Shown piece by piece: positions 17,337 to 29,604 of a stretch of DNA of 32,656 bases. Source of the DNA: Pseudothermotoga sp. (GTDB lineage Bacteria; Thermotogota; Thermotogae; Thermotogales; DSM-5069); NCBI GenBank assembly GCA_028276125.1, contig JAPYWY010000001.1, forward strand, positions 1-32,656, written 5' to 3'. The notes beneath the pieces were generated by a model, which was not told the origin of the DNA, made no database searches, and saw only the letters and a list, made by a program, of their open reading frames with translations. Numbering within the stretch: the first letter of the stretch is position 1; each line of letters opens with the position of its first letter. The translations under genes were made by a program, and so were the position numbers.

Positions 17337-20300
17337 TCACGCCATCTTTTCCTCTTCCGCGGCACGCGGCGTTTCCTCGATCTGTATGTTCGCGAAGATT
17401 TCCAGACCCGTTCCTGAAGGTATGAGTTGACCGACGATCACGTTCTCTTTCAAGCCTCGCAAGTAGTCTATTCTGCCTTCGATGGCCGCTTCTGTCAAGA
17501 CTTGTGGCGTCTGCTGGAAGGAAGCAGCGCTGAGCCAACCTTCTTGTTCCAAGGAAGCCTTCGTGATCCTCAGCAACCTTCTTCTGTATTTCATAGGTTC
17601 CTTGGGTGCTATTTGGTAGGCGACAGGTTTTCCGTCTTCAAGCACAACGATCTCTTTCACACCGGCGGCGACGGCTTTTTCAACGATATCTTCAGTGACC
17701 TCAGTTCCCTCCGGTGCTATCTCTTCAACCTCGTCTTTGAGTTTTGCAACGATCTTCCTGGCGAGAATCTTACCCACGACCATGTTCCTGTTGCTCTGAA
17801 CTTGTGCGTTTGCTTTCAGTATCTCGCTGTTTATTCTCATCGCTTCGGCGAGCGTCAGCAATTCTCCGGGCAGGAAATCCGTGTCGCCGGGATCCACGAT
17901 TTCGACCCTACCGAGCATCTGCCTGATGATGATCTCGAAGTGCTTGTTGTGGATTTCCACACCCTGTTCCACGTACACCTTCTGCGTCTCTCTGAGCAAA
18001 TACATCGCTGTCGCTTCCACTCCCAGCGCGTCCATCATTCTTCTGAGCTTCACGGCGCCCGTCGTGAGCATCTGGCCTGGCAACACCTTCTGACCCCGTG
18101 TCACGACCTCTTTCACTTTCTCCGGTACTTCGTACTCGTGTATTTCGCCACCGAGATCTTCGATGTAGATCTTCTTCTTTCCGTCAACTTCCTTGATGTC
18201 TTTCACAAAACCTGAAACCATGCTGAAGATGCCTTCAGGTTCTTTGAGTTTCTTTCGTGCCTCGAAGAGCTCTTCAGCTCTCGGCAGACCTTGGGTTATG
18301 TCTGCCGTGGTCGCGATACCACCGGTGTGGAACGTTCTCATCGTGAGCTGTGTACCGGGTTCTCCTATGGACTGTGCAGCGATTATTCCAACGGCTTCCC
18401 CGACGTTCACGACCTTGTGGTTCGACAGGTCCATACCGTAACACATCGCGCAAACACCGTGTTCAGCTTCGCACGTCAAGGGTGACCTAACGTAGATGTT
18501 TGGTCTCACTTTCACGGTACTCACACCGTTCTGCTCGAGCACCGTCGCCGTTACCTCATCGATCTCTTCCTGGTACACGAGCAACTGTTTTTCGCCTTTC
18601 TTATCCCAAACAGTCTCCTGAGAAATCGTTCCCACCACTGGATAAACCTTTATCTTGATCTGCTTCTTGCCAGCGTTGCGAGCGTTTCGAACCAGATCCC
18701 AGCTGACTTCGGTGCCAACCTCGTAAACCGTGCCATCCTCCAACCTTATCTCCTCGTCGGTGACGGCATAAGAAGCTGGCAGCTGCAGACTCTGCAGATC
18801 GAGAACTTGTTCGACGCAAACTGGGACCGAAACGACGTACTTGGCCAAGAACTCGGCGTCCTCGTCGGACAGCATACTGTTTCTCACATACTCTCGATTG
18901 TTGTTTGGGTTCTTCACGACTTCCCCGCTGAGAGGATCGATGACGTCCCTGGCTAAGATCCTTCCGAACAGGAAATCCTTCAATTTCTGGACCGTCAAAG
19001 TATCGCTCATGAGTTCCAAAGCTTTGATACCGTTTTCCGTTCCACAATCGGTCGTCGTTATGAAGACACTCTGAGCAACGTCGACGAGTCTTCTGGTGAG
19101 GTAACCCGCCGAGGAAGTTCTGAGTGCCGTGTCTGCGGCACCTTTCCTTGCCCCGTGTGTGGAGATGAAGAATTCGATCGAGTTCAGACCTTCTCGGAAG
19201 TTGGAGATTATGGGGATTTCGATGGTCTTTCCGGATGGATCCGCCATCAAACCCCTCATACCTGCGAGCTGCTTGACTTGGTCTATGTTACCCCTCGCGC
19301 CGGAGTTGACCATCATGAAGACAGGATTGAATGGATTTTCACCGAGGGCTTCGTACGTGACTTTCTGGACCTCCTCCGTGGCTTTCGTCCAGATCCTTAT
19401 AACTTCCTTGTACCTCTCGTCGTAGGTGAGGAAGCCTTCGGCGTACTCCTGTTCCACTTTCTCAACTTTTTCCAGCGCGTCTTTGATGATCGCATTCTTC
19501 TTCGGTGAGACCACCAAATCTTTCAGAGATATGGTCAGTCCAGACACAGTCGCGTAATGGAATCCGAGGTCTTTCATGTCGTCGAGTAGGTCGGCCGTGG
19601 CCTCCATACCGTGTCTCTTGAAGGTTTCGTATATGAGGTCTTTTATCTCCTTCTTGCCGAAAGTCTTCGAGTAGTCTCTGAGATCCTCAGGTACGATTTC
19701 GTTGAATATGATGCGTCCCACCGTGGTTTTAACCGTTTTTTCTTCGCCGTTCTGCCTGACTCTCGCGAGCACCGGCGTGTGCAATCCGACGAAGCCGAGT
19801 GAATGGGCCAAGATGGCTTCCTCGGGTGAGCTGAACTTGAACTTGATCTTGTCAACACTCGCAAAGTTGTAGTCTTTGTTCACAGCGGTCAAGTAGTATA
19901 TACCGACTATTATGTCCTTTCCTGGCATCGATATGGGCTTTCCGTGTGCCGGGGATATGATGTTGTACCTCGACAGCATCAGATACCGTGCCTCTGCCTG
20001 AGCCGCGGCAGAGAGAGGCACGTGCACTGCCATTTGGTCTCCGTCGAAGTCTGCGTTGAACGGAGGACAAACGAGTGGGTGAAGTTGAATCGCGTTACCT
20101 TCGATGAGTTTTGGCTCGAACGCCTGTATGGACATCCTGTGCAATGTCGGGGCTCTGTTCAAAAGCACGGTTTGCCCCTTGATGATTTCTTCGAGAACGT
20201 CCCAAGCTTCTGGCATCTCACGCTCTATGATCGCTTTCTTGAGCTTTCTCGCGGTCTTACTGCTTTCTCCACCTTCTTCGAGCAATTTGGCGAGCACGAA

Positions 20301-22289
20301 CGGTTTGAACAGCTCCAACGCCATCTTCTTGGGCAAACCGCACTGGTGTATCTTCAACTCCGGACCAACGACTATGACAGCCCTACCAGAGTAGTCAACG
20401 CGCTTTCCAAGGAGGTTCCTTCTGAAGCGACCCTTCTTACCCTTGACCAGGTCGGTGAGGGATTTCAGCGGTCGACCGTTCCTGTCCGCGACGGGTCTAC
20501 CAACCCTACCGTTGTATATGAGGCTATCGACGGCCTCTTGGAGCATTCTCATTTCGTTTCTGATCATGACTTCCGGCGCGTTCAACTCCAAGAATCTCTT
20601 CAACCTGTTGTTTCTGTTTATGACTCTCCTGTAGAGGTCGTTCAAGTCGGTCGTCGCGAACCTTCCACCGTCTATCTGGATCATGGGCCTCAGCTCGGGA
20701 GGTATCACCGGCAAGGCCTCCAAGACCATCCACTCTGGCCTCGTACCGGACTTGATCAGGCTCTTGACAGTCTTCAACCTTCTGAGCAACTTCAAAGCTC
20801 TACCGCTGCTCTTCGGGAGTTCCGCCAACTCTGCTTCTATCTGTGCCCTCAGCTTTTCGAGATCTATCATCTCGAGCAACTTCTTCACAGCGGCCGCACC
20901 ATAGTGCGCCTCGATCTTGTCAGGATAGAGTTCTCTGTACGCTTCGTATTCGTTCTCGGTGATGATGGAACCGACGGTCAATCCTGTTTCTTTGGCGAGG
21001 TTTTCATCTATCTTTGTGATCGCGAGGATCGGTCTGTCATTCTCAACCTCTGTCTCCACTGTGAACTGGTCTGGGTAATACTCTTGAAAGATTCTGTACT
21101 CGCTCAGGGATAGGTGCTCATCTTCGAAGAGGAACCTGTCTGCCAAGTAGTCTCCCGCTTTCACCTTTTCGCCATCGTTGACGTAGGCTAAAGCGCCTTC
21201 GAAGATGGGATATTTTTTCTCGATCGCGACCTGCTCAACGTATACGGAACCCGAGGACAGTACCTCGTAAGAACCATCCTCTAAGGGTCTGACGTTCAGT
21301 TCCTTACCGAACACGATCTTTCCGGACGCGGGGCTCGTCATGGCTTGGATCACTCCCGCCGTCCAGATCTGATCACCGGCTTTGACCTTTGCGCCGTTCT
21401 TAACGGTCAATCTGCAGCAGTAGGGGATCGAAACCGTCAACGGTTGATCCTTGCTCGTTGCCAGGGGCTTGAGCGTGAGACTGGAAGTGAGTTCATCGAT
21501 CTCGACCGTGCCGTCGAACGGAGCATAGAGCGCTGGAACTTCTTTCGCAGCGATTATGACATCACCCTGTGAAACTTCCTGACCGTTCTTCACGAGGAGA
21601 ACCATCCCGGGAAACAGTTGCACTTGAGACCTGACAACATTCCTCACAGTGATCCAAGTTATCACTCTTCCCGTGTTGGAACGCTCGGTCTTCAAGCTCA
21701 CTTCACCGTCTATCTCGGAGATCACCGGAGTCTTCGGATTCTTGACTATGACCGTTTGTTCGGCCTCGAAGTCGAGAACCTTCTTGTATATGTTGTATTC
21801 TGTCTCGTATATCACATCTCCCTCAGCGAAGGAGGTTTTCTTCGGATTCGTTACGATGTAAGCTTTTTCTATGATGCGTCTGCTCCCATAGTAAACTATG
21901 TTCTCCAAGTCGCGTGCCGGGATGTTCAACAGCGTGGAGAGAATGCTCGGCGTGCTCTTCAAATACCATATGTGAACCACCGGTGCGGCGAGTTCTATGT
22001 GACCCATCCTCTTTCTTCGCGCTTCTTTTGACTCCACCCTCACACCGCACCTTTCGCAAACTGTTCCCTCGTACTTCTTACCTTTGTATTTGCCGCATGC
22101 GCATTCGTAATCTTTCGTTGGCCCAAAGATCTTCTCGCAGAACAGACCATCGCGCTCGGGTTTGAACGTTCTGTAGTTTATGGTCTCGGGTTTCTTCACT
22201 TCCCCGCTCGACCAACTCCGTATGGTGTCGGGGGAAGCCACACCTATTTTCACCGCTGCTATCTTCCGTTTGAAGGTGGAAATAGCCAT
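17337..22289 (-). CDS. rpoC: RNA polymerase beta' subunit with large lineage-specific insertions
   Basis: [13 protein letters not shown], Zn-finger cysteines, catalytic NADFDGD and [13 protein letters not shown]; 1650 aa. Confidence 0.99.
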   Translation of the reverse strand: MAISTFKRKIAAVKIGVASPDTIRSWSSGEVKKPETINYRTFKPERDGLFCEKIFGPTKDYECACGKYKGKKYEGTVCERCGVRVESKEARRKRMGHIELAAPVVHIWYLKSTPSILSTLLNIPARDLENIVYYGSRRIIEKAYIVTNPKKTSFAEGDVIYETEYNIYKKVLDFEAEQTVIVKNPKTPVISEIDGEVSLKTERSNTGRVITWITVRNVVRSQVQLFPGMVLLVKNGQEVSQGDVIIAAKEVPALYAPFDGTVEIDELTSSLTLKPLATSKDQPLTVSIPYCCRLTVKNGAKVKAGDQIWTAGVIQAMTSPASGKIVFGKELNVRPLEDGSYEVLSSGSVYVEQVAIEKKYPIFEGALAYVNDGEKVKAGDYLADRFLFEDEHLSLSEYRIFQEYYPDQFTVETEVENDRPILAITKIDENLAKETGLTVGSIITENEYEAYRELYPDKIEAHYGAAAVKKLLEMIDLEKLRAQIEAELAELPKSSGRALKLLRRLKTVKSLIKSGTRPEWMVLEALPVIPPELRPMIQIDGGRFATTDLNDLYRRVINRNNRLKRFLELNAPEVMIRNEMRMLQEAVDSLIYNGRVGRPVADRNGRPLKSLTDLVKGKKGRFRRNLLGKRVDYSGRAVIVVGPELKIHQCGLPKKMALELFKPFVLAKLLEEGGESSKTARKLKKAIIEREMPEAWDVLEEIIKGQTVLLNRAPTLHRMSIQAFEPKLIEGNAIQLHPLVCPPFNADFDGDQMAVHVPLSAAAQAEARYLMLSRYNIISPAHGKPISMPGKDIIVGIYYLTAVNKDYNFASVDKIKFKFSSPEEAILAHSLGFVGLHTPVLARVRQNGEEKTVKTTVGRIIFNEIVPEDLRDYSKTFGKKEIKDLIYETFKRHGMEATADLLDDMKDLGFHYATVSGLTISLKDLVVSPKKNAIIKDALEKVEKVEQEYAEGFLTYDERYKEVIRIWTKATEEVQKVTYEALGENPFNPVFMMVNSGARGNIDQVKQLAGMRGLMADPSGKTIEIPIISNFREGLNSIEFFISTHGARKGAADTALRTSSAGYLTRRLVDVAQSVFITTTDCGTENGIKALELMSDTLTVQKLKDFLFGRILARDVIDPLSGEVVKNPNNNREYVRNSMLSDEDAEFLAKYVVSVPVCVEQVLDLQSLQLPASYAVTDEEIRLEDGTVYEVGTEVSWDLVRNARNAGKKQIKIKVYPVVGTISQETVWDKKGEKQLLVYQEEIDEVTATVLEQNGVSTVKVRPNIYVRSPLTCEAEHGVCAMCYGMDLSNHKVVNVGEAVGIIAAQSIGEPGTQLTMRTFHTGGIATTADITQGLPRAEELFEARKKLKEPEGIFSMVSGFVKDIKEVDGKKKIYIEDLGGEIHEYEVPEKVKEVVTRGQKVLPGQMLTTGAVKLRRMMDALGVEATAMYLLRETQKVYVEQGVEIHNKHFEIIIRQMLGRVEIVDPGDTDFLPGELLTLAEAMRINSEILKANAQVQSNRNMVVGKILARKIVAKLKDEVEEIAPEGTEVTEDIVEKAVAAGVKEIVVLEDGKPVAYQIAPKEPMKYRRRLLRITKASLEQEGWLSAASFQQTPQVLTEAAIEGRIDYLRGLKENVIVGQLIPSGTGLEIFANIQIEETPRAAEEEKMA

Positions 22290-22314
22290 CTCTCTTCCCT
22301 CCTCGGCGCTCAGT

Positions 22315-25300
22315 TCAGAACCTGTCGATGTCGACCTCGTTGCCGTTCTCGTCGTAAACCCTCACATCGAGCGCCAGACCTCTGAGTTCCTTTATCAGCA
22401 CCCTGAAGCTTTCAGGTATTCCGGGCTCAGGTATGTTCTTGCCCTTAAGGATGGCTTTGTACACTTCGTTTCGACCCTTGATGTCATCGGACTTTATCGT
22501 GAGCATCTCGTTCAGAGTGTGGGAAGCTCCATGCGCTTCGAGAGCCCAGACTTCCATTTCTCCGAACCTCTGACCACCGAACTGAGCCTTTCCACCTAAA
22601 GGTTGCTGGTGAATGAGCGAGTACGGTCCTGTGGATCTGGCGTGGATTTTGTCTCGCGCTATGTGGATGAGCTTCATCATGTAGATGTATCCAGCGACGA
22701 CAGGTTCTGCGAAAGGTTCGCCCGTTCTGCCGTCCCTCAGCAGGACCTTACCGGAAGGATCGTTCTCATCGTCGCCCTCTTCCAACCCTGAAGCTTTCCG
22801 CTCTTTGTACAACCACGGGAGTATGTCTTGTTCCTTGGCACCATCGAAAACTGGAGTGGCAAACCAACTGTTCGTCAGTTTTGCGAGCCAACCCAAATGT
22901 GTCTCGAGGATCTGTCCGACATTCATTCTCGACGGCACTCCGAGTGGGCTCAACACGATTTGCACGGGCGTTCCGTCTGGCAAGAACGGCATGTCTTCCC
23001 TCGGAAGGATCTTGGACACAACACCTTTGTTACCGTGCCTACCCGCGAGCTTGTCGCCAACTTCAAGGATCTTCTTGCTCGCCACGTAAACTTTCACCAG
23101 CTTGTTCACACCTGGTCCAAGCTCTGCGACATCTTCTTTGTCGAACACTTGCACATCGATGACTCTACCCTCAGTTCCGTGCGGTAATCTCAACGAAGTG
23201 TCCTTGACGTCCTTTCCCCTCTCGCCGAAGACGGACCTTATGATCTTCTCTTCGGGTGTGGTTTCTCCTTCGCCCTTCGGTGTGACTTTTCCAACGAGTA
23301 TATCCTGTGGTCCAACGTACGCTCCTATCCTGACTATACCGTTCTCATCGAGGTTTCTCAGGGCTTCTTTGTTGACGTTTGGAATGTCCGCGGTGATTTC
23401 CTCCGGTCCAAGTCTTGTATCGCGCGCCTGAGTTTCATAAACTTCTACGTGGATGGATGTGAAGGCGTCTTCCTCGAGCAGCTCTTCACTGACCAAGATC
23501 GCGTCTTCAAAGTTGTAACCTTCCCATGACATGAAGGCGACCAAGACATTGCGCCCGAGTGCGAGCTCACCCATGTCGGTCGCAGGACCGTCAGCTATGA
23601 CTTCTCCTTGTCTCACTCGGTCACCCACGTTCACTATTGGTTTTTGGTTTATGACCGTGTCCTGGTTCGTCCTGACGAACTTCATCAACCTGTATTCGTC
23701 GAGCAAAGGTTTACCATCTTTGTACAGCAAATTACCCTTCTCGTCAATCCTGTGGACGACGATCCTTCTCGCATCGACCTTCTTGACTATACCGTCATAC
23801 TTTGCAACGATCAGGTAACCCGAATAGAGAGCCGCATCGTGTTCGACCCCGGTCGCAACGAAAGGTGCTTCAGGTTTGAGCAAGGGAACGGCCTGCCTTT
23901 GCATGTTTGAACCCATCAGAGCCCTGTTCGCATCGTCGTGCTCCAGGAACGGGATGAGAGAGGTTGAAACGGAGACGATCTGTTTCGTGGAAACGTCCAT
24001 GAACTGGACCTTTTCTTTCTCGACGTACACGATCTTTTGCATGTATCTGACTGGGACTCTGTCCTCAACGATCATCATGTTTTCGTCGACTTTGACCGTG
24101 CACGGAGCAATACAGTAATGCTCTTCCTCATCGGCGGTCAAATAGACTATCTCGTCCGTGACCCTGCCTTTTTTGACCCGCCTGTACGGGGTCGTCAGAA
24201 AGCCGAATTCGTCGACCGTTGCGTAGACCGAGAGTGAAGTTATGAGACCTATGTTTGCACCTTCAGGAGTCTCGATCGGACACATTCTTCCATAGTGGGA
24301 GTGGTGGACGTCACGGACCTCGAACCTCGCCCTTTCCCTTTTGAGACCGCCTGGACCCACCGCTGTCAATCTTCTCTTGTGCGTCAATTCCGCAAGTGGA
24401 TTCACTTGCTCCATGAACTGTGAGAGTGGACTCGTCGCAAAGAACTGGTTGATGCCAGCGATGATGGTCTTTATGTTGATCAAACTCTGCACGGAGATCT
24501 TATCGAGAGAATTATAGAGCGTCAGTCTTTCTTGAATCAGTCGTTGCGCCTTCGAAAAAGCCCTCTCAAACTCAAGCTTGATGAGTTCTCCAACGGTTCT
24601 CACGCGTTTGTTTCCAAGATGGTCTTTGGTGTCCATGATTTCTGGGTTCTTGCTCACTTCGAGCAAGTACCTAGTGGCCAAAACGATGTCCATCGGCGTG
24701 AGGACGAGTTCTGTCGGGTTGTACTCCATCTTTTCAGCTTCCGATTCGCTCATCTTTTTGACTTGCACGAGGTATTTCCGGTAAGCCTGCTGCAGTTTGC
24801 GGTTTATCTTGTAACGGCCAACTTCGGAGAGTTCGAACCTTTCGGGTGTGAAATACAGGCTGTTGAGATACGCCTTAGCCGCATTCACCCTTGGTATTTC
24901 ACCGGGTTTGAGTTTCCTGTAGATTTCGATGTACGCCTTGTTCGAATCGACTTCTCCGTAAGCGCTGTTGAGCTTCTCCAAAGTCTTCTGTGCCACGGGA
25001 TGTGCCCTGAAGATGTTCGATATCTTTGATTCGAGGATCGTCCTCGCGGCGTGCTCTGTGAGTACAGCACCGCGTTCGACAACCTTCTTTCCATCCACGC
25101 TCACGTCCTCGAGTATTATCGAACCCACGGCTTTCATCATGGTGTACTCGTCTTCCGCATCAACGGCTTCGGGGAACAGATCGAGTATGTCGAGGTCGTT
25201 CTCGAAACCCAGAGCCTTGAACAGCAAAAAGAGGTTTATCCTTCTCTTTCTGTCGATGCGCGCATAAAACATGTCGTCTGCGGTGTTGTAGAGAAGTTCC

Positions 25301-25833
25301 AACCAAGCACCCTTCACGGGCAAGAAGTGTGCCACGTATATGGGTGCAGCCGCTTGAGTCTTCGGTATCTCGTCCACAAAATAGACGCCGGGCGCTCTCA
25401 CGAGCTGGTTGACGACAACGCGCTCCGCGCCGTTGATAACGAATGTTCCGTTCTCGGTCATGTACGGTATCGATCCGAGGAAGGCTTCCTCTTCCCTCAT
25501 CTCACCGCTGTTGACATCCGTTATCCTGACGGTCGCGTAAATGGGTACCTGGTAGGTTAGACCTTTCTGTTTGCATTCTTCTATCGTGGCGTTGGGTTCG
25601 CCGATCCTTGTGGAAACGAACTCGAGTATGAAACCTTTTTCACCTTTTCTGAGATCACCCTTGTGAGGCTGGGACGTTATCGGGGAGAACTTTTTCAGTA
25701 TCTCCATCAGACCTTTTTCCAAGAACTCTCTGTAGGACTCGATCTGAATGGCGATCAGGTTTGGAACCTTCAGGGCGTCAACGGTGCGGCCAAACGTTAA
25801 ACGTTCGCGCTTACCGTAAAGAGCAGTTCGCAT
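22315..25833 (-). CDS. rpoB: RNA polymerase beta subunit
   Basis: [44 protein letters not shown] and [15 protein letters not shown]. Confidence 0.99.
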   Translation of the reverse strand: MRTALYGKRERLTFGRTVDALKVPNLIAIQIESYREFLEKGLMEILKKFSPITSQPHKGDLRKGEKGFILEFVSTRIGEPNATIEECKQKGLTYQVPIYATVRITDVNSGEMREEEAFLGSIPYMTENGTFVINGAERVVVNQLVRAPGVYFVDEIPKTQAAAPIYVAHFLPVKGAWLELLYNTADDMFYARIDRKRRINLFLLFKALGFENDLDILDLFPEAVDAEDEYTMMKAVGSIILEDVSVDGKKVVERGAVLTEHAARTILESKISNIFRAHPVAQKTLEKLNSAYGEVDSNKAYIEIYRKLKPGEIPRVNAAKAYLNSLYFTPERFELSEVGRYKINRKLQQAYRKYLVQVKKMSESEAEKMEYNPTELVLTPMDIVLATRYLLEVSKNPEIMDTKDHLGNKRVRTVGELIKLEFERAFSKAQRLIQERLTLYNSLDKISVQSLINIKTIIAGINQFFATSPLSQFMEQVNPLAELTHKRRLTAVGPGGLKRERARFEVRDVHHSHYGRMCPIETPEGANIGLITSLSVYATVDEFGFLTTPYRRVKKGRVTDEIVYLTADEEEHYCIAPCTVKVDENMMIVEDRVPVRYMQKIVYVEKEKVQFMDVSTKQIVSVSTSLIPFLEHDDANRALMGSNMQRQAVPLLKPEAPFVATGVEHDAALYSGYLIVAKYDGIVKKVDARRIVVHRIDEKGNLLYKDGKPLLDEYRLMKFVRTNQDTVINQKPIVNVGDRVRQGEVIADGPATDMGELALGRNVLVAFMSWEGYNFEDAILVSEELLEEDAFTSIHVEVYETQARDTRLGPEEITADIPNVNKEALRNLDENGIVRIGAYVGPQDILVGKVTPKGEGETTPEEKIIRSVFGERGKDVKDTSLRLPHGTEGRVIDVQVFDKEDVAELGPGVNKLVKVYVASKKILEVGDKLAGRHGNKGVVSKILPREDMPFLPDGTPVQIVLSPLGVPSRMNVGQILETHLGWLAKLTNSWFATPVFDGAKEQDILPWLYKERKASGLEEGDDENDPSGKVLLRDGRTGEPFAEPVVAGYIYMMKLIHIARDKIHARSTGPYSLIHQQPLGGKAQFGGQRFGEMEVWALEAHGASHTLNEMLTIKSDDIKGRNEVYKAILKGKNIPEPGIPESFRVLIKELRGLALDVRVYDENGNEVDIDRF

Positions 25834-25908
25834 TTTATCACCTCGTCAGATCAACGGAGTGGGAACGCAGGGAACTGAACGAAGCCCATGACGCAGGCAC
25901 GCTCGAAT

Positions 25909-25917
25909 ATCATAGCA
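25909..25917 (-). promoter_or_regulatory. Candidate extended -10 promoter for rpoBC
   Basis: Minus strand reads TG-C-TATGAT, just downstream of the rplL terminator and about 75 nt upstream of the rpoB ATG. Confidence 0.5.
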
Positions 25918-25918
25918 T

Positions 25919-25952
25919 AAAACAACCTATACCAGCCGAGCTGGTATAGGTT
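25919..25952 (-). terminator. Intrinsic terminator/attenuator between rplL and rpoB
   Basis: 13-bp perfect stem AACCTATACCAGC-tcg-GCTGGTATAGGTT followed by GTTTT on the minus strand. Confidence 0.85.
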
Positions 25953-25990
25953 TGATACAATCTCTTTGCAGTTGAGAAAATTTGTTCACA

Positions 25991-26389
25991 TTACTTCAAA
26001 ATGACCTCTGCGCCAGCTTCTTCGAGCTTCTTCTTGATCTCCTCTGCCTCGTTCTTCGGAACACCGCTCTTGACTATTGCGTCAGGATTGCCAGCCTTCT
26101 CGACGAGGTCCTTGGCCTCTTTCAAACCAAGACCTGTGATCTCTCTGACGACCTTTATCACGTTGATCTTGTTCGCTCCGTGGCTCTTCAGGACAACGTC
26201 AAACTCCGTCTTCTCCTCAGCTGCTGCTTGGGCTGCTGGTGTTGCACCAGCCGCAGGGGCTGCAACGGCCGCGACTGCAACGGGAGCTGCAGCGCTCACA
26301 CCGAACTTTTCCTCAAGTGCCTTGACCAACTGTGCCAGTTCGGCAACCGTCAATTTCTCGATAGCCTCAACGATCTGTTCCACTGTCAT
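25991..26389 (-). CDS. rplL: 50S ribosomal protein L7/L12
   Basis: [36 protein letters not shown] and LEEAGA. ATG 26389 follows GGAGGTG. Confidence 0.98.
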   Translation of the reverse strand: MTVEQIVEAIEKLTVAELAQLVKALEEKFGVSAAAPVAVAAVAAPAAGATPAAQAAAEEKTEFDVVLKSHGANKINVIKVVREITGLGLKEAKDLVEKAGNPDAIVKSGVPKNEAEEIKKKLEEAGAEVILK

Positions 26390-26391
26390 CC

Positions 26392-26952
26392 TCAAACACC
26401 TCCGACATTCTCAGATTTCTTCTTCTCTTCAATTGCGTTCAGCACATAAACGAGTTTTCTCATGACGCCGTTCAAAGCGAAGACCAAACCATATATCGGG
26501 CCCTGTATCCTTCCAACCACCATCGCGTACAGTTCCTTTTTGGTTGGCAGGTTGGCAAGATCCGCAACTTGGTCGGCAGTGAACGGCTGACGCTCGATGA
26601 AACCACCTTTGAAGAAGTTTTCAAGCTTTTTCTCCTTGGCGAAGTTCACCAAGATTTTCAGTGCATCCACTGGGTCGCCCGACAGACAGTAGAAAACGGC
26701 CGTCGGACCTTTCAGAAACTTTTCGTGGTGAGCTTCCTGATAACCTGCTTCATTCAGAGCTATGGAAGCGAGACTGTTCTTGACCACGGTCAGTTTGGCA
26801 TTGTCACCGTATTTCGAATTTATTCTTTTGCGCAGTTCTCTGATCGTTGCGACGTCCAAACCGAAGAAGTTCACGAACACCAACAAGTTCGCCTTCGGAA
26901 AGACGTCTTTCAAACTCTCCAGTATTTGTTGCTTCTTCTCCTTCGTTAGCAA
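26392..26952 (-). CDS. rplJ: 50S ribosomal protein L10
   Basis: VVKNSL, LKGPTAV and [10 protein letters not shown], plus position in the operon. TTG 26952 follows SD AAGGAGGTG. Confidence 0.96.
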   Translation of the reverse strand: MLTKEKKQQILESLKDVFPKANLLVFVNFFGLDVATIRELRKRINSKYGDNAKLTVVKNSLASIALNEAGYQEAHHEKFLKGPTAVFYCLSGDPVDALKILVNFAKEKKLENFFKGGFIERQPFTADQVADLANLPTKKELYAMVVGRIQGPIYGLVFALNGVMRKLVYVLNAIEEKKKSENVGGV

Positions 26953-26972
26953 ACGTTGCACCTCCTTTCAAC

Positions 26973-27083
26973 AAAAAGGGTCTCTTCCCACAAGAGACCC
27001 CCGCTCAACCAAAGCGCCAATTTTTGGCTCGCCTCGGTAGGCGGGGATGACCCCTTTAGAATACCTACTTTCTTCGGCGACTC
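26973..27083 (-). promoter_or_regulatory. L10 leader RNA with downstream terminator-like hairpin
   Basis: Minus strand CGCCGAAGAAAGTAGG...CCTACCGAGGCG is the L10-binding consensus. It is followed by GGGTCTCTT-gtggg-AAGAGACCC-TTTTT (26973-27000) before the rplJ SD. Confidence 0.85.
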
Positions 27084-27105
27084 GCGTGATCAAACAACAA
27101 GATAT

Positions 27106-27813
27106 TTAGATTTTCGCAGCCTCGAGCTCGGACAAATTCAGTTTCACACCAACTCCCATCGTGGACGTCAATACAGCCTTTCTGATGAACTGACCCTTGA
27201 TGCCCGCCGGCCTCATGCCCACGATTTGCTTGTAAGCTGAGATCAGGTTTTCTTTCAGCTTCTGGGCGTCAAAGGAGCATTTGCCGATCGGCAAGTGGAT
27301 CGAGCCGGTCTTGTCGCTCCTCACTTCGACTCTTCCCATCTTGAATTCCTTGACCACGGAAGCCACGTCGTCTGTGACTGTACCCGACTTCGGAGACGGC
27401 ATCAAACCACGAGGTCCAAGGATCTTTCCGAGCCTTCCAACGGACTTCATCATGTCCGGCGTGGCGATGGCCACATCGAAATCCGTGAAGCCTTCGTTCA
27501 GAATCCTCTCGACGAGCTCGTCTCCACCCACGATGTCCGCTCCAGCCTTCTTGGCTTCTTCGGCTTTCTCACCTTTGGCAAACACCAACACCCTAACCGT
27601 TCTTCCCGTTCCATGTGGCAGGACTATTGTTCCCCTCACCTGCTGCTCTGGCCTTTTTGGGTCTATGTTCGTTGCGAGGTGAAGTTCCACGGTTTCGTCG
27701 AACTTTGCCGTTGCATTCTTTTTCACTGTTTCTATGGCTTCATCGATGCTGTAGAACTTCGTTCTGTCGACTCTCTGTCTGATTTCCAAGTATCTCTTGG
27801 AGTGTCTCGGCAT
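27106..27813 (-). CDS. rplA: 50S ribosomal protein L1
   Basis: [34 protein letters not shown] and STMG. Confidence 0.98.
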   Translation of the reverse strand: MPRHSKRYLEIRQRVDRTKFYSIDEAIETVKKNATAKFDETVELHLATNIDPKRPEQQVRGTIVLPHGTGRTVRVLVFAKGEKAEEAKKAGADIVGGDELVERILNEGFTDFDVAIATPDMMKSVGRLGKILGPRGLMPSPKSGTVTDDVASVVKEFKMGRVEVRSDKTGSIHLPIGKCSFDAQKLKENLISAYKQIVGMRPAGIKGQFIRKAVLTSTMGVGVKLNLSELEAAKI

Positions 27814-27833
27814 AAAGCCTCCTCCTTTTCGTG

Positions 27834-28259
27834 TCAGTCTACCACTTCGATACCCATGCTTTTCGCGGTGCCTTCGATGATCTTCTTGGCTGCTTCCAAA
27901 TCGTTTGCAGTCAGATCAGGCATCTTGAGCTTGGCGATCTCCTCGATCTGTTTCCTCGTAACCTTTCCGACGATCTTCCTCTTGGGTTCACCCGAGCCAC
28001 TCTCTATGTTGGCCGCTTTTTTCAGTAGGAAAGACGCTGGTGGCGTTTTCACAACGAAGCTGAAGGAACGATCCTCGTACACTGTTACAATGACGGGTAG
28101 AATCATTCCGGCCTTGTCCGCAGTCTCAGCGTTGAACCTTTTGCAGAACTCCATTATGTTAACGCCACGCTGACCAAGGGCGGGACCAACTGGAGGTGCG
28201 GGTGTTGCCTTACCAGCAGGAAGTTGCAGTTTAACTTGTGCTACGACCTTCTTAGCCAT
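27834..28259 (-). CDS. rplK: 50S ribosomal protein L11
   Basis: [22 protein letters not shown] and GTAKSMG. Confidence 0.99.
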   Translation of the reverse strand: MAKKVVAQVKLQLPAGKATPAPPVGPALGQRGVNIMEFCKRFNAETADKAGMILPVIVTVYEDRSFSFVVKTPPASFLLKKAANIESGSGEPKRKIVGKVTRKQIEEIAKLKMPDLTANDLEAAKKIIEGTAKSMGIEVVD

Positions 28260-28276
28260 TCGAGTTTCCCTCCTCT

Positions 28277-28304
28277 GTGGTTACTGGGATCGACTCCCTC
28301 CCAC
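28277..28304 (-). promoter_or_regulatory. L1-binding autoregulatory leader upstream of rplK
   Basis: Minus strand GTGGGAGGGA-gtcga-TCCCAGTAACCAC matches the GUGGGAG..CC..ACCAC L1-site pattern, next to the rplK SD. Confidence 0.75.
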
Positions 28305-28308
28305 TCGT

Positions 28309-29373
28309 TCATTGAATCTTCTCCACTTCAGAAACTCTCACCGTCACAGGTGTCTCACGACCGAAGATGGTGACGGCAACCCTGAGCTCCTGTTTGACGG
28401 GATCTATCTCCTTCACAACTCCTGCGAAGTCTTCGAACGGACCGGAAGTTATCTTCACAACGTCTCCTACCTTTATGTCCATCTCAACGCGCACAGGTTT
28501 TGCTTTTTCTTCAAACGATTCGATACCCGCCAGTCTCAGAATCGCACGAGCTTCACGCTGTTTCAGTTGCAGAGGTTGTCCACCGGATGCAACGAAATCT
28601 ATTATCCCTGGAACGGTTCTCGCAAACTGCCAGTTATCATCGTTCATCATCATCTCCACGAATATGTAACCGGGGAACATTCTTTTCTTCTGTGTTTTTG
28701 CGATTCTTATCTCCTTGCGCGTTCCCAAGTCTACGACCTCGACGCGCCCATCTATGCTGGAGTATATTTTTCTACCCTCAGCGAGCAACTCACCGTTTCT
28801 GACTTGCTTGCCTTTGTAGATCCTGTTTGCATCGTAGAGTTCGTAGGGAATGTGGTAAACATCTATTTCTCCATTTTCCTTTTGGACTTCGACGCGCTTG
28901 ACTCGTTCGCTCTCAATCACCTTACCATCTATTTCACAGATGTGCTCTCCATCTTGGGTCAGGGGCATTCCTTGTCTTATACGAGCTCCAACTTTGATAC
29001 CACCCACGAGTTTGGAACTTTCTGGGATGACGTACGTCTTCGAGTACTTCTTATCTATGGTCTCGATCGTTATCTTCCTGCAATTCTTCACGGCCACTAT
29101 CGTTCCACTGTGCCTTGCGTGGATCGCTGGTTCTTCCGCGAGAAGATCACCCTTCTTCACATCAGAACCGCTCTTGACATACAATTTTGCGTTCGGCGAA
29201 ACTGAAAACCTTTTCAAAGATTTGCCCGTCGCGTCTATGATCGTTTCCTCAGGTATAACAATACGGCCGAAGAACCTTTCATATCCGGCCGATCTTATCT
29301 TGGTCAGTAGGTTCTCTTTCGCGGTCTCTTCTTGGCCTGCCATCGTCCTGAGGATGTACCAATTTTTTCGCAT
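28309..29373 (-). CDS. nusG: Transcription termination/antitermination factor NusG with large insertion
   Basis: NGN domain (WYIL..GQE, FPGYIFVEM, TVPGIIDFV) split by an insert of about 190 aa; KOW domain (GPFEDFAG..IFGRETPV). Confidence 0.97.
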   Translation of the reverse strand: MRKNWYILRTMAGQEETAKENLLTKIRSAGYERFFGRIVIPEETIIDATGKSLKRFSVSPNAKLYVKSGSDVKKGDLLAEEPAIHARHSGTIVAVKNCRKITIETIDKKYSKTYVIPESSKLVGGIKVGARIRQGMPLTQDGEHICEIDGKVIESERVKRVEVQKENGEIDVYHIPYELYDANRIYKGKQVRNGELLAEGRKIYSSIDGRVEVVDLGTRKEIRIAKTQKKRMFPGYIFVEMMMNDDNWQFARTVPGIIDFVASGGQPLQLKQREARAILRLAGIESFEEKAKPVRVEMDIKVGDVVKITSGPFEDFAGVVKEIDPVKQELRVAVTIFGRETPVTVRVSEVEKIQ

Positions 29374-29378
29374 TCACA

Positions 29379-29576
29379 TCACCCAATACCGAGTGCACGC
29401 AATATCGCTCTTATGGCACCAGAGAGTGCCAAATCGAGTAAAAAGAAATAAGCCCCCATCACCACGAGGATCAGTATGACGACAGAGGTGGAGACGAGCA
29501 ACTCTTGTCTGTTAGGCCAATGGGTCCTCTTCGCTTCTCCCCAGACTTCTCGGAAGAACTTCTTGAGTTTTTCCAC
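29379..29576 (-). CDS. secE: Preprotein translocase subunit SecE
   Basis: FFREVWGEAKRTHWP followed by a single TM helix, directly upstream of nusG. GTG 29576 follows GGAGGG. Confidence 0.95.
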   Translation of the reverse strand: MEKLKKFFREVWGEAKRTHWPNRQELLVSTSVVILILVVMGAYFFLLDLALSGAIRAILRALGIG

Positions 29577-29604
29577 GACTATCCCTCCGTACGACACAAA
29601 AAAT

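Noticed and set aside
19944-21113. 389-aa plus-strand ORF, and similar long antisense ORFs at 9051-10040, 27295-28173, 28312-29205 and 30301-31305
   Set aside because: All lie opposite well-conserved genes, have implausible composition, and are explained by host codon bias.
17337-22289. Intein as the explanation for the oversized RpoC
   Set aside because: No intein splice-junction motifs or LAGLIDADG-like blocks were recognised; the inserts consist of hybrid-motif-like repeats.
26392-26560. Long L10 C-terminal helix suggesting three L12-dimer binding sites
   Set aside because: Already described for Thermotoga maritima, so not novel.
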